Positions 41,005 to 49,508 of a stretch of DNA of 64,000 nt are shown piece after piece (positions within the stretch are counted from its first letter, which is position 1; every line of letters begins with the position of its first letter). Both the position numbers and the translations under genes were made by a program. This DNA is from an uncultured Methanosarcinales archaeon (GTDB lineage Archaea; Nanobdellota; Nanobdellia; Woesearchaeales; JACPBV01): assembly GCA_964492935.1 (NCBI GenBank), contig CAZBLF010000002.1, forward strand, positions 1-64,000, given 5' to 3'. The notes beneath the pieces are model-generated. The model was not told the DNA's origin and did not search any database. It saw nothing but the letters and a program-made list of their open reading frames with translations.

Positions 41005-41817
41005 ATGCTGACAATATTCAAACCCCCTATGCCTTCACCAGAAAACATCCAAAATAAAGTCCTCTCTTTCTACCAGAAAAACGGTCGAGACCTGCCCTGG
41101 AGAAAAACCACAAACCCCTACAACATCCTAGTTTCCGAGATCATGCTCCAACAAACGCAAGTAGATAGAGTAATTCCCTATTACACCAGATTCCTAAAGA
41201 AATACCCAGACTTCAAAGCACTTTCAAAAGCTAAAAAGCCAACTTTACTGAAACTCTGGCAAGGCCTAGGATATAATAATAGAATTCTCAGACTACAAAA
41301 ACTAGCCCAAGAAGTCACAGCAAACAACAATGCACAACTACCAGAAACCGAGGAAGAACTACTCCAATTACCGGGAATCGGACCCTACACCGCACATGCA
41401 GTACTAGCATTCGCTCACAATAAAGCAGTTCCCGTCATGGATACCAACATCAGACGTGTTTTAATCCACGAACTAAACCTAAAAGAATCCATCAGCGATG
41501 AAGAAATAAAGAAAATAGCCCTTTCCGTCATCCCTAAAAACAAATCCTGTATCTGGCACAATGCGTTAATGGATTACGGCGCAATGGAGAAGACAGCGAG
41601 AAAAACAGGAATCGAATCACTATCAAAACAATCCAAGTTCGAAGGAAGCGACAGACAAATAAGGGGCATCATCGTAAGAAAGCTCCTCAAAGACAAGCAA
41701 ATAACGCTACCCCAACTCAAAAAGCAACTCAACCGAGATAACCTCAACCAAATCCTAGAAAAGATGATACGAGACAACGTCATCAAAAACAAAAACAACA
41801 CCATCACCTTTGCATAA
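41005..41817 (+). CDS. mutY: A/G-specific adenine glycosylase (MutY-like, HhH-GPD)
   Basis: RDLPWR, VSEIMLQQTQV, WQGLGY, LPGIGPYTA, DTNIRRV; Fe-S cysteine motif absent. Confidence 0.85.
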   Translation: MLTIFKPPMPSPENIQNKVLSFYQKNGRDLPWRKTTNPYNILVSEIMLQQTQVDRVIPYYTRFLKKYPDFKALSKAKKPTLLKLWQGLGYNNRILRLQKLAQEVTANNNAQLPETEEELLQLPGIGPYTAHAVLAFAHNKAVPVMDTNIRRVLIHELNLKESISDEEIKKIALSVIPKNKSCIWHNALMDYGAMEKTARKTGIESLSKQSKFEGSDRQIRGIIVRKLLKDKQITLPQLKKQLNRDNLNQILEKMIRDNVIKNKNNTITFA

Positions 41818-41848
41818 TTTAATAAACAACACCTCAAATAAACCAACT

Positions 41849-42193
41849 ATGGAATACAAACAAGTAATATTAGTACGAGCAGACTTAAAACTCCCTAAAG
41901 GAAAGATGGCAGCACAAGCAGCCCATGCATCAGTTTCCGCAGTCTTAAAATCAAGCAAAAAGCTAGTCGGAGACTGGAGCAGCCAAGGAATGAAAAAGAT
42001 CGTTCTCAAAGTAGCAAGTAAAGCAGAACTCCTAAAATACAGAAATCTAGCAGATGATGCAGGACTCAAGAGCGCATTAATCCAAGACGCCGGCAGAACC
42101 GTAGTCGAACCCGGCACCATGACCTGTCTAGGAATAGGACCAGACGACGAAGAGAAGATCGACGAAATCACCAGCAATCTAAAGATGGTATAG
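41849..42193 (+). CDS. pth2: Peptidyl-tRNA hydrolase Pth2
   Basis: KGKMAAQAAHAS, DAGRT, LGIGP. Confidence 0.95.
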   Translation: MEYKQVILVRADLKLPKGKMAAQAAHASVSAVLKSSKKLVGDWSSQGMKKIVLKVASKAELLKYRNLADDAGLKSALIQDAGRTVVEPGTMTCLGIGPDDEEKIDEITSNLKMV

Positions 42194-42228
42194 TTTTATA
42201 AATAGCATACTCATTCTCAAATCGTTAT

Positions 42229-42325
42229 GGGCCCGTAGCTCAGCCTGGTTAGACAGATGGAAAATCTGGACCAAAGCGATCGCCTCTTAAGCGATAGGCC
42301 GCGAGTTCGAATCCCGCCGGGCCCA
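42229..42325 (+). tRNA. tRNA-Lys(CTT) with a 22-nt intron in the D-arm
   Basis: After removing 42253-42274: GGGCCCG TA GCTC AGCCTGGTTA GAGC G ATCGC CT CTT AA GCGAT AGGCC GCGAG TTCGAAT CCCGC CGGGCCC A; TATA TTTATAAA upstream. Confidence 0.92.
42253..42274 (+). other. Non-canonical BHB tRNA intron (position about 22/23)
   Basis: GGTT/GACC 4-bp helix, AG^A and AA^A bulges, CAGAT/ATCTG inner stem. Confidence 0.88.
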
Positions 42326-43027
42326 TTTTATTTTTTCAAGATGTTTAGAATTACTTGAACCGATACGCTCCATCCACGTTTGTAGGTTCTTCCTCCCATT
42401 TACACAAAGGTAATTTGTTACATAGTCATTTCCCGTTACGCAATGAGTTTCCTTAATATCTAAATAGGTATTAGCCTTAATCCCTAGGACAGAGAGTGCT
42501 TTCTGACAATCAACAATGAGCTCTCTGCTACACATTTTGGCTTGGATAACAGGATATTTTTCAACTTTTTTGAAGTTGATAGAAAAGTCAGTATCAAACA
42601 ATCCTCTGAGGAAATGCCCGAGGTATTCTTGCTTATTCCAAAAAAGCGATGGAATCCTAATGGCGGATTTTCTATTCATAGGGAGGCCAATAATCTGTTT
42701 ATAGAACTGCACCATTCCCTTAGAACATATCTTCAATCTGAGTTCAGATTTGTTAGTTCCAACAAAGTAATGGGGAATGTCAAGGTTAAAGAGGTCCTTC
42801 TTTAATTTTTTTACATAATTCAATATGTAGTCTTTGTCCGTCTTCGCATCCCCAGAAACCATAATCTGGTATTCTTTTCGATCTGAGGAAAGGTACTCCC
42901 CAATATGTCCATCTCCAACCATAATTCCTATGTCTTCAGCAAGCGATTGAGACATCTCAGAGGGCAATCGAAGTCCTCGTTTGATATCTTGTTTACTTAA
43001 CTCAATTTCAGATGTGTTTAATCTCAT
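42287..43027 (-). CDS. Free-standing two-motif LAGLIDADG homing endonuclease
   Basis: LAEDIGIMVGDG and HFLRGLFDTDF motifs; last 13 codons are antisense to the tRNA-Lys 3' half. Confidence 0.85.
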   Translation of the reverse strand: MRLNTSEIELSKQDIKRGLRLPSEMSQSLAEDIGIMVGDGHIGEYLSSDRKEYQIMVSGDAKTDKDYILNYVKKLKKDLFNLDIPHYFVGTNKSELRLKICSKGMVQFYKQIIGLPMNRKSAIRIPSLFWNKQEYLGHFLRGLFDTDFSINFKKVEKYPVIQAKMCSRELIVDCQKALSVLGIKANTYLDIKETHCVTGNDYVTNYLCVNGRKNLQTWMERIGSSNSKHLEKIKWARRDSNSRPIA

Positions 43028-43171
43028 AATAATCACTCAAATTTTTGCATATATATGACTTTTGCAAAATAGAGTGCGTTGAGATTCGTGCAAATCTGAG
43101 TGAGTAACAAAATGGCAAACTTCGAAAGTCCTTATCCATACCTTTTTATATTCATTCTCCAATAGAATTTC

Positions 43172-43423
43172 ATGACAAACAAATACTGGTTCAAACCAAA
43201 AAGCTATGGTTATGGCGCAACCCCCACCACCTGGGAAGGCTGGGCATTCACAGCAGCCTTCATCGCAGTCGTTCTGTGGAGAGCACTAAAACTAGAAGAG
43301 CAAGCTCCAAGTCAATTTGCGCTAGAACTAGGACTTCTCATCCTCATCCTCATCGTAGTAACCAAACAAAAAACCGACGGAGAATGGAAATGGCGTTGGG
43401 AAAAAGGCAATAGAAACAGCTAA
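43172..43423 (+). CDS. Small membrane protein
   Basis: YWFKPKSYGYGATPTTWEGW plus two TM segments. Confidence 0.75.
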   Translation: MTNKYWFKPKSYGYGATPTTWEGWAFTAAFIAVVLWRALKLEEQAPSQFALELGLLILILIVVTKQKTDGEWKWRWEKGNRNS

Positions 43424-43454
43424 TTTTAAAAAAGAACTTCATTTCTAAAACATC

Positions 43455-45029
43455 ATGACAGAAGATTCCATGCACTGGGCAGATCAAACGGCTCGGCAAA
43501 TCATCAACCTGAAGGGAGAGAAAGACAACTACGTAATAGAATCAGGAATCACTCCCTCCGGAATGATCCACATCGGAAACTTTAGAGAAATTATCACAGC
43601 CGATCTCATTCAGCGCGGTTTCGAAGCAATAGAAAAGAAATGCACCTTCTTCTACATCTGGGACTCCTACGACGTCTTTAGAAAAGTTCCCGTAAACGTT
43701 CCTAATCAAGAAGAATTAAAGAAACATCTTCACAAACCGGTGTTTCGCGTTCCCGATCCCTACAACACACACAAAAATTACGCAGAGCACTTCGAAAAAG
43801 AGATGGAAGATCAGCTACCCCGAGTCGGCGTCAATCCCACCTTCGTCTATCAAGATCAAAAGTATCTCAACCTTGAATTTACCGAAGAAATCAAACAGGC
43901 ACTCGAAAACACCGAAGCCATCAAAGAAATCCTCAATGAATATCGAAAGGAACCGCTAGCAGAAAGCTGGCTCCCTATTTTCGTATTCTGTGAAAAGTGT
44001 CATAAAGATACCACTCATGACTTAGTCTATGAAGGAGACTACAACATCAGCTACGAATGTGCGTGCAATCACAAAGACACCGTTGACTTCAGCAAGAAAG
44101 GAATCGTAACCTTAAGATGGAGAGTTGACTGGCCCATGCGCTGGCACAAGAACAAGGTAGATTTCGAATCCGCAGGAAAAGATCACTTCGCAGCAGGCGG
44201 TTCTGTAGACACCGGAAGAAAAATCCAAGAGGCTGTCTGGAAAACTCAACCACCGCACGGCTGGGTCTATGAATGGATCAGCATTAAGGGAGGAAAACAA
44301 TTCTCCAGTTCTGCAGGCGAAGTCATAACATTAAAGGAGATGCTCGAAATCTACGAGCCACAAATCATCAGACACCTATTCGCCGGCACCCGCCCAAACA
44401 CCGAATTCGCAATCAGCTTCGACCTAGACGTCTTCAAAGTCTACGAAGATTATGACCAGTGCGAGCGTATCCACTACAAGAAAGAGGAAGTAGCAGAAAA
44501 AGACTTCCTAAAGCAAAAGAGAATCTATGAACTTTCACAAGTAGATTCCGTAGCAAAGGAAATGCCCTTCCAACCGTCCCTAAGACACATGATGAATGTC
44601 GTGCAACTCTATCAAGGAGACATGGAACAAATCAAAGGCTTCTACAAAGACGACATCAAAACCAAGGAAGACGATCAAAAGGTAGAAATCAGAGCTCAAT
44701 GCGCCCTAAACTGGCTAGCAAAGCACGCTCCAGAAGACTTCAAGTTCAAAGTAAATACCAAAGAAGAACTCAAAGCAATCGAATTCACCGATGAAGAGAA
44801 AACCATCATCAAAGCGCTAGCTACCTCCCTAGAAACCGCAAAGAAAGACGAGAAAGCACTCCATGACAGCTTCTATGTAGTAGCAGAGCAAGCAGAAGCA
44901 AAACCGCAAGACCTCTTCAAAGCAGTCTACAAAGCATTAATCAACAAAGAACGCGGACCACGCCTAGCAAACTTCATCTTAACGATAGGCATCAAAGAAG
45001 TAATCGAACTAGTAGAGAGTATTAATTGA
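43455..45029 (+). CDS. lysS: Lysine--tRNA ligase, class I
   Basis: HWAD, GITPSGMIHIGNFRE, WRVDWPMRW, GKDH, GPRL. Confidence 0.96.
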   Translation: MTEDSMHWADQTARQIINLKGEKDNYVIESGITPSGMIHIGNFREIITADLIQRGFEAIEKKCTFFYIWDSYDVFRKVPVNVPNQEELKKHLHKPVFRVPDPYNTHKNYAEHFEKEMEDQLPRVGVNPTFVYQDQKYLNLEFTEEIKQALENTEAIKEILNEYRKEPLAESWLPIFVFCEKCHKDTTHDLVYEGDYNISYECACNHKDTVDFSKKGIVTLRWRVDWPMRWHKNKVDFESAGKDHFAAGGSVDTGRKIQEAVWKTQPPHGWVYEWISIKGGKQFSSSAGEVITLKEMLEIYEPQIIRHLFAGTRPNTEFAISFDLDVFKVYEDYDQCERIHYKKEEVAEKDFLKQKRIYELSQVDSVAKEMPFQPSLRHMMNVVQLYQGDMEQIKGFYKDDIKTKEDDQKVEIRAQCALNWLAKHAPEDFKFKVNTKEELKAIEFTDEEKTIIKALATSLETAKKDEKALHDSFYVVAEQAEAKPQDLFKAVYKALINKERGPRLANFILTIGIKEVIELVESIN

Positions 45030-45085
45030 ATTCTGCATACCAAAAAAAGCGAAATCTTTATTAGATAGCAGAACTAGGTATCATT

Positions 45086-46189
45086 ATCGCAGCTCTCAAG
45101 AAACTAAAAAAAATTCTAACAAACACTAACAAAGTAATCGCATTAGCATTAAAAGCTGAGGGAGATATTTCAAAATTAAAAGCAAGACATGCAAGGAAAC
45201 TTCTTAACAAAATAATTGCCTTAGATATAGAGGAACTCCAGGAAATCCACAATGCCCTCAAAGAATTAAAATACGATGACAAAGAATTAGTAACAATTTT
45301 CCAGCAATTAACCCAAGAATGCCAAGAAATTGTAGCCATTGCCCAGGATTTATTTAAAGACTTATCTCAAACAAAAAAACTCGACGAAAAGCACAAAAGC
45401 CACATCCTTTCATTATTAGAAAGAATAAAATCTCTAGGAGAGAAACAAATATTGCAGGAAAAACAATTCCTCGAGATGAAGGGTGCCGACTTCGAAAAAG
45501 TCCTCGAAGAGTATGATATTTCTAAATTACCAAAGAAAAAGACGCTATGGCAAATAGGAGAAATTAGAGCTCTCTATAGAAGAAACCTCGCCCTCTCTGA
45601 TGAAGAAAAAGTCAGAGCGTTCAAACAACTGCTTGACGAGATGGGACCCGTAAGACTTGAGAAATATTACCGGAGAATTTTTCTCATCATGACAAAAGCG
45701 GAGAAGATACTAGTCAAACTTAAAAAAGCCAATCCCGGAAATGCCTTAATCAAGGAAAGCGAAAAACCCATGGAAGTTCCAGAAGTAGTAGACGGCCCAG
45801 AAGTTCCCAAGGAGATCATTGTCCCCTATCCAAAAGAAAAACTACCTTCCATGGACGATATTGGGTTTCTGATAACACATGGCACCCTATTTTCTATTTT
45901 TACTGCATCACTTACAGGTGGACTGTGGACGGGTGCTTTTTCGTTTATGTCAGCAATTCAATATATAGGGTGGGCCTCCGGACTAGTTCCTCTTGCCTTA
46001 GTCATCGCCATATCATTTTGGTTTGTGAAAAAAAAAGATGATGAGGTATCCAACACTCATAAAAAAGACATTAAATCTCATAGCATTTCTAACACAAGGC
46101 GGATCCCTCAAAATATACGATACAGAGGGTATAATCCCCGAACCTGGACCGATAAGAGTATAGAATTCGACCAAACTCAAGCAGGATAA
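45086..46189 (+). CDS. Hypothetical membrane protein; frame open well upstream of the predicted TTG (start uncertain)
   Basis: No stop in frame from 45065 to 46189; TATA TTTATTA at 45057; C-terminal TM pair. Confidence 0.55.
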   Translation: MAALKKLKKILTNTNKVIALALKAEGDISKLKARHARKLLNKIIALDIEELQEIHNALKELKYDDKELVTIFQQLTQECQEIVAIAQDLFKDLSQTKKLDEKHKSHILSLLERIKSLGEKQILQEKQFLEMKGADFEKVLEEYDISKLPKKKTLWQIGEIRALYRRNLALSDEEKVRAFKQLLDEMGPVRLEKYYRRIFLIMTKAEKILVKLKKANPGNALIKESEKPMEVPEVVDGPEVPKEIIVPYPKEKLPSMDDIGFLITHGTLFSIFTASLTGGLWTGAFSFMSAIQYIGWASGLVPLALVIAISFWFVKKKDDEVSNTHKKDIKSHSISNTRRIPQNIRYRGYNPRTWTDKSIEFDQTQAG

Positions 46190-46240
46190 AAAAGAGCATC
46201 AAAATCAAGAATACTAAAAAAAATAATTCTTTTCTAGCAT

Positions 46241-47530
46241 CTAACCCAACCCATAATCATCAAGAACTTCTCGCTCATTAATCTCTCCACGCAAATTAGT
46301 AACCATCAACCGCTTAATCTGTTCAGGATCTTTATAATTGCCAAGCAACCAAGACAATTTAATGAGTGCAGTCTCCGGAAGCATATCATTACAGTAAAGA
46401 CATCCTATCGATGACAACCTGCGCAAATTAACATACACAGACGGATGCACCCCACCAAAGAGACATTGCGAGGTTACCGCAACAAACCCTCCTTCTGCAA
46501 TATACTTTTTGAGCGTAGCATGATTCTTCAGATTCTCTTCGCCTAGATTGGTAGGCGCGTGTCCCAGGCCCGTCCCCTCAAGCACAAAACCTTTGTAATG
46601 ACCAGCAAAAAATTCGTACAACCGATTCTTCATGACGGGATGTACTTTCAACAATCCCGTATCTTTTTCGAAGCGATCCTTCACAATGAGTGTATCGTCT
46701 TCAGTTTTCCTACCATAGTCCTGCTTCAGATAGTTGATATCTTTTGTCTTATAATTGACCAACGCAAGGGGAGTATCATTAATCGCCTTAAACGCATCTC
46801 TCCGCGAGGTATGCATCTTTCTTGTTTTCGTTGCCGGAAGGATAGCACATTCATCATCGTTGACCGAATTATGCATACAAATGGCTACACCTGTAAAATC
46901 AGTTTTGGCAATAAATTCCGCAGCGCAAATCAAGTTCATAGTGGCATCCGTACTTGCCCTATCCGGAGACCGCTGCGCACCAACAATGATCACAGGAATA
47001 TTTATCTTCTCAAACACAAAAGCGAGAGCAGCCGCCGTATACGCAAGTGTATCAGTACCATGACCGATAATGACGCCCTGAACCTTTTGTTCCGCATACT
47101 TCCGAACTGCATCAGAAATTTTCTTGTAATCCTCAATCAACATATCCTCGGACATCATATTGGCGACAAGTTCAGTTTCAATGTTCGCAATATCTCGAAG
47201 CTCGGGAACCATTGCAAGCATATCCTCAACCGAGAATTTAGCAACAACTCCACCCGTCTCATAATCCACTTTACTTGCTATCGTACCACCCGTATGCAAT
47301 ATCGCAATGGTCGGCAATCCCTTTTTACTAACAACCTTCTCGAACGTTTCAGTATGTTCCTTTCGAGCACCAACCGTTTTCACAGAAGTAATCTTCTCTT
47401 TGGCAATCCCCATATTATATCCAGAATCAAGCTTCAAAACAACCGCATCCGTCTCCTCATTCGGCATCAACGTACCAGAAAAAGTCTTGTCCTTAGTAAC
47501 AACCTCAACCGTATCTCCAGGATTCGCCAT
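46241..47530 (-). CDS. gatD: Glu-tRNA(Gln) amidotransferase subunit D
   Basis: KLDSGYNMG, HTGGTIAS, HGTDT, GAQRS, KMHTSRRDAF, NLRGE. Confidence 0.95.
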   Translation of the reverse strand: MANPGDTVEVVTKDKTFSGTLMPNEETDAVVLKLDSGYNMGIAKEKITSVKTVGARKEHTETFEKVVSKKGLPTIAILHTGGTIASKVDYETGGVVAKFSVEDMLAMVPELRDIANIETELVANMMSEDMLIEDYKKISDAVRKYAEQKVQGVIIGHGTDTLAYTAAALAFVFEKINIPVIIVGAQRSPDRASTDATMNLICAAEFIAKTDFTGVAICMHNSVNDDECAILPATKTRKMHTSRRDAFKAINDTPLALVNYKTKDINYLKQDYGRKTEDDTLIVKDRFEKDTGLLKVHPVMKNRLYEFFAGHYKGFVLEGTGLGHAPTNLGEENLKNHATLKKYIAEGGFVAVTSQCLFGGVHPSVYVNLRRLSSIGCLYCNDMLPETALIKLSWLLGNYKDPEQIKRLMVTNLRGEINEREVLDDYGLG

Positions 47531-47567
47531 ACTCAAGATAGAACCAAGATGCAATATAAATCTTCCG

Positions 47568-47990
47568 CTACTTTACCCGAGCGCCATCAACAAGACTGGC
47601 AATCGGTTTCCGATCAAAAAACGTCTCATCGATCTCATGCCAAAAGCTAACCTGCTTCTCGCCCAACTGCCAACATAACAGAATATCACGTTTATTAAAC
47701 TTAGAAAAGAAATACACAATCCCCTCCTCGACCGAATGCACCACCGCACCCAATCGAAACAACTTCTCATGCTCATTAAAGAACTGAAACGAAAGCTGGT
47801 GAAACTTCTTATCATACTGCACATCATACGTCACCGCATCATAATAGTCATCATACACCACCTCAATTGAAGAAAGCGTATTCAAAGCATTATCCAACCG
47901 AATCATCTTCCGTAAAGAACGTTTAACCGTGCCAAGCATACGATTAGCCTGTTGTAAAGAAAGATACCGCTTAGGTATTTGAAGAACCAT
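47568..47990 (-). CDS. DUF2203-like protein
   Basis: ANRML...LLCWQLGEKQVSFWHEID...RKPI. Confidence 0.75.
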   Translation of the reverse strand: MVLQIPKRYLSLQQANRMLGTVKRSLRKMIRLDNALNTLSSIEVVYDDYYDAVTYDVQYDKKFHQLSFQFFNEHEKLFRLGAVVHSVEEGIVYFFSKFNKRDILLCWQLGEKQVSFWHEIDETFFDRKPIASLVDGARVK

Positions 47991-48019
47991 ACCGATTTAG
48001 AATCAAACAAACTATAAAA

Positions 48020-48323
48020 ACATTTGTTTTCCCCAGTCTATACAACCGGGAAAGGAAATGTGTTCAGTCACCACAAGTTACTGACACATTTGTTTTCCCC
48101 AGTCTATACAACCGGGAAAGGAAATGTGTTCAGTCACCACNNNNNNNNNNNNNNNNNNNNNNNNNNNNNNNNNNNNNNNNNNNNNNNNNNNNNNNNNNNN
48201 NNNNNNNNNNNNNNNNNNNNNNNNNNNNNNNNNNNNNNNNAAGTTACTGACACATTTGTTTTCCCCAGTCTATACAACCGGGAAAGGAAATGTGCTCAAT
48301 CGCCGAAGGTTATTGACATATTT
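48020..48323. repeat. 66-bp palindromic tandem repeat spanning a 100-N gap
   Basis: Unit AAGTTACTGACACATTTGTTTTCCCCAGTCTATACAACCGGGAAAGGAAATGTGTTCAGTCACCAC at 48075-48140; partial or diverged copies on both sides. Confidence 0.85.
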
Positions 48324-48336
48324 CTGTACTCAAACA

Positions 48337-49455
48337 TCAAAACAGATGCTTCACATACCGAGCCAGACGCGGCTCAGCAAAGAATAACTTCAACAAAAAC
48401 GAAGCAGGATATTCGCGGTCACTCTTCCGCATCACCTTCTGCACCCGCTTACTCCCCATATACGAAATCAGTCTATTATAATCTGCATCCGAGAAAGTAT
48501 CCAACATCTGACGGATCTTCAGGTGCGTGAACAAATTAAAGCCCGTCTCCTTTCGCCACGCTCGATCATAAGACGTGCCATCTTTCAAGGCCGACACCAA
48601 ACCTCGAGCCGCCTTCATCCCCGGAATAATGCCTCCACCGGTCGTAGCCTTCACGTGACCGCCAGCATCGCCAACCAAATAAATCCCGTTCTCGTAACAA
48701 GTAATCAAACCATCATACCTCGGAATTAAACCACCCAGATAACGAACCACCTCCTCCTTGTACGACTTCCCAAAGCGCATCTCCATAAACTTCTTGAAAT
48801 GAAAGGAAGCACGAGAACGAACAGCAAGCCCCACAACCGCAGTTGTCGAAGACGAAGGAACCACCCAAGCAAAGAACCCCTTACAAAAGTCATTGTTCAA
48901 ATACACCTCATACTGACCCTTATCAAAGCTACCCGAAATAACCGCCTGCGGCCCAATCCAGTGCTTCCGAGTAAGATCAGGATTCAACAACTTAGCGAGA
49001 GAAGAATTCGGACCATCAGCCCCCACTAAAGTATCAAAAGAATGCTCCTCCTCTTTCCCCTCATGCGAAATAACAAACTTTTTCTCCTTCACATCACAAG
49101 AAACCATCTTATGCGAGCGATGCAGCTTAGCGCCCTCTTTCACCGCAAGACCCACAAAGTATTCATCCAACTTAACCCTATCTACCACAATATCATTTGT
49201 CGGCAAAATACAAGACTTCCCATTCGGCCCAATCACCTTCACCGAAGTCAATTTATTAAGCAACACATCCGAAGGCAAATCCACCATCTTCAAAATTGAG
49301 GAAGTAATAATGCCGGTACAATGACACGGCTCCCCAATCACCTTGTGATCTTCATAAATAGAAACCGAATATCCAGCCTTCCCCAAGAGATAGCCAGAAT
49401 ACCCACCAATCGTGCCAGCACCGATGAGTGAAACTTTTTCATTTTTCTGAGCCAT
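48337..49455 (-). CDS. Geranylgeranyl reductase-family FAD oxidoreductase
   Basis: IGAGTIG, GADG, FFAWVVP, VGDAGGHVKATTGGGI. Confidence 0.88.
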   Translation of the reverse strand: MAQKNEKVSLIGAGTIGGYSGYLLGKAGYSVSIYEDHKVIGEPCHCTGIITSSILKMVDLPSDVLLNKLTSVKVIGPNGKSCILPTNDIVVDRVKLDEYFVGLAVKEGAKLHRSHKMVSCDVKEKKFVISHEGKEEEHSFDTLVGADGPNSSLAKLLNPDLTRKHWIGPQAVISGSFDKGQYEVYLNNDFCKGFFAWVVPSSSTTAVVGLAVRSRASFHFKKFMEMRFGKSYKEEVVRYLGGLIPRYDGLITCYENGIYLVGDAGGHVKATTGGGIIPGMKAARGLVSALKDGTSYDRAWRKETGFNLFTHLKIRQMLDTFSDADYNRLISYMGSKRVQKVMRKSDREYPASFLLKLFFAEPRLARYVKHLF

Positions 49456-49508
49456 GATGTAGCGGATACACTAATTCTATTTATATCTTAGTGCATAGCA
49501 ATCAAGAA

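Noticed and set aside
46559..47650. 363-aa plus-strand ORF
   Set aside because: Antisense shadow of gatD with no recognisable motifs.
48020..48323. CRISPR array
   Set aside because: Units are head-to-tail with no unique spacers, and there are no cas genes in the window.
48024..48530. ORFs through the repeat and N gap
   Set aside because: Artefacts of the 66-bp repeat and the Ns.
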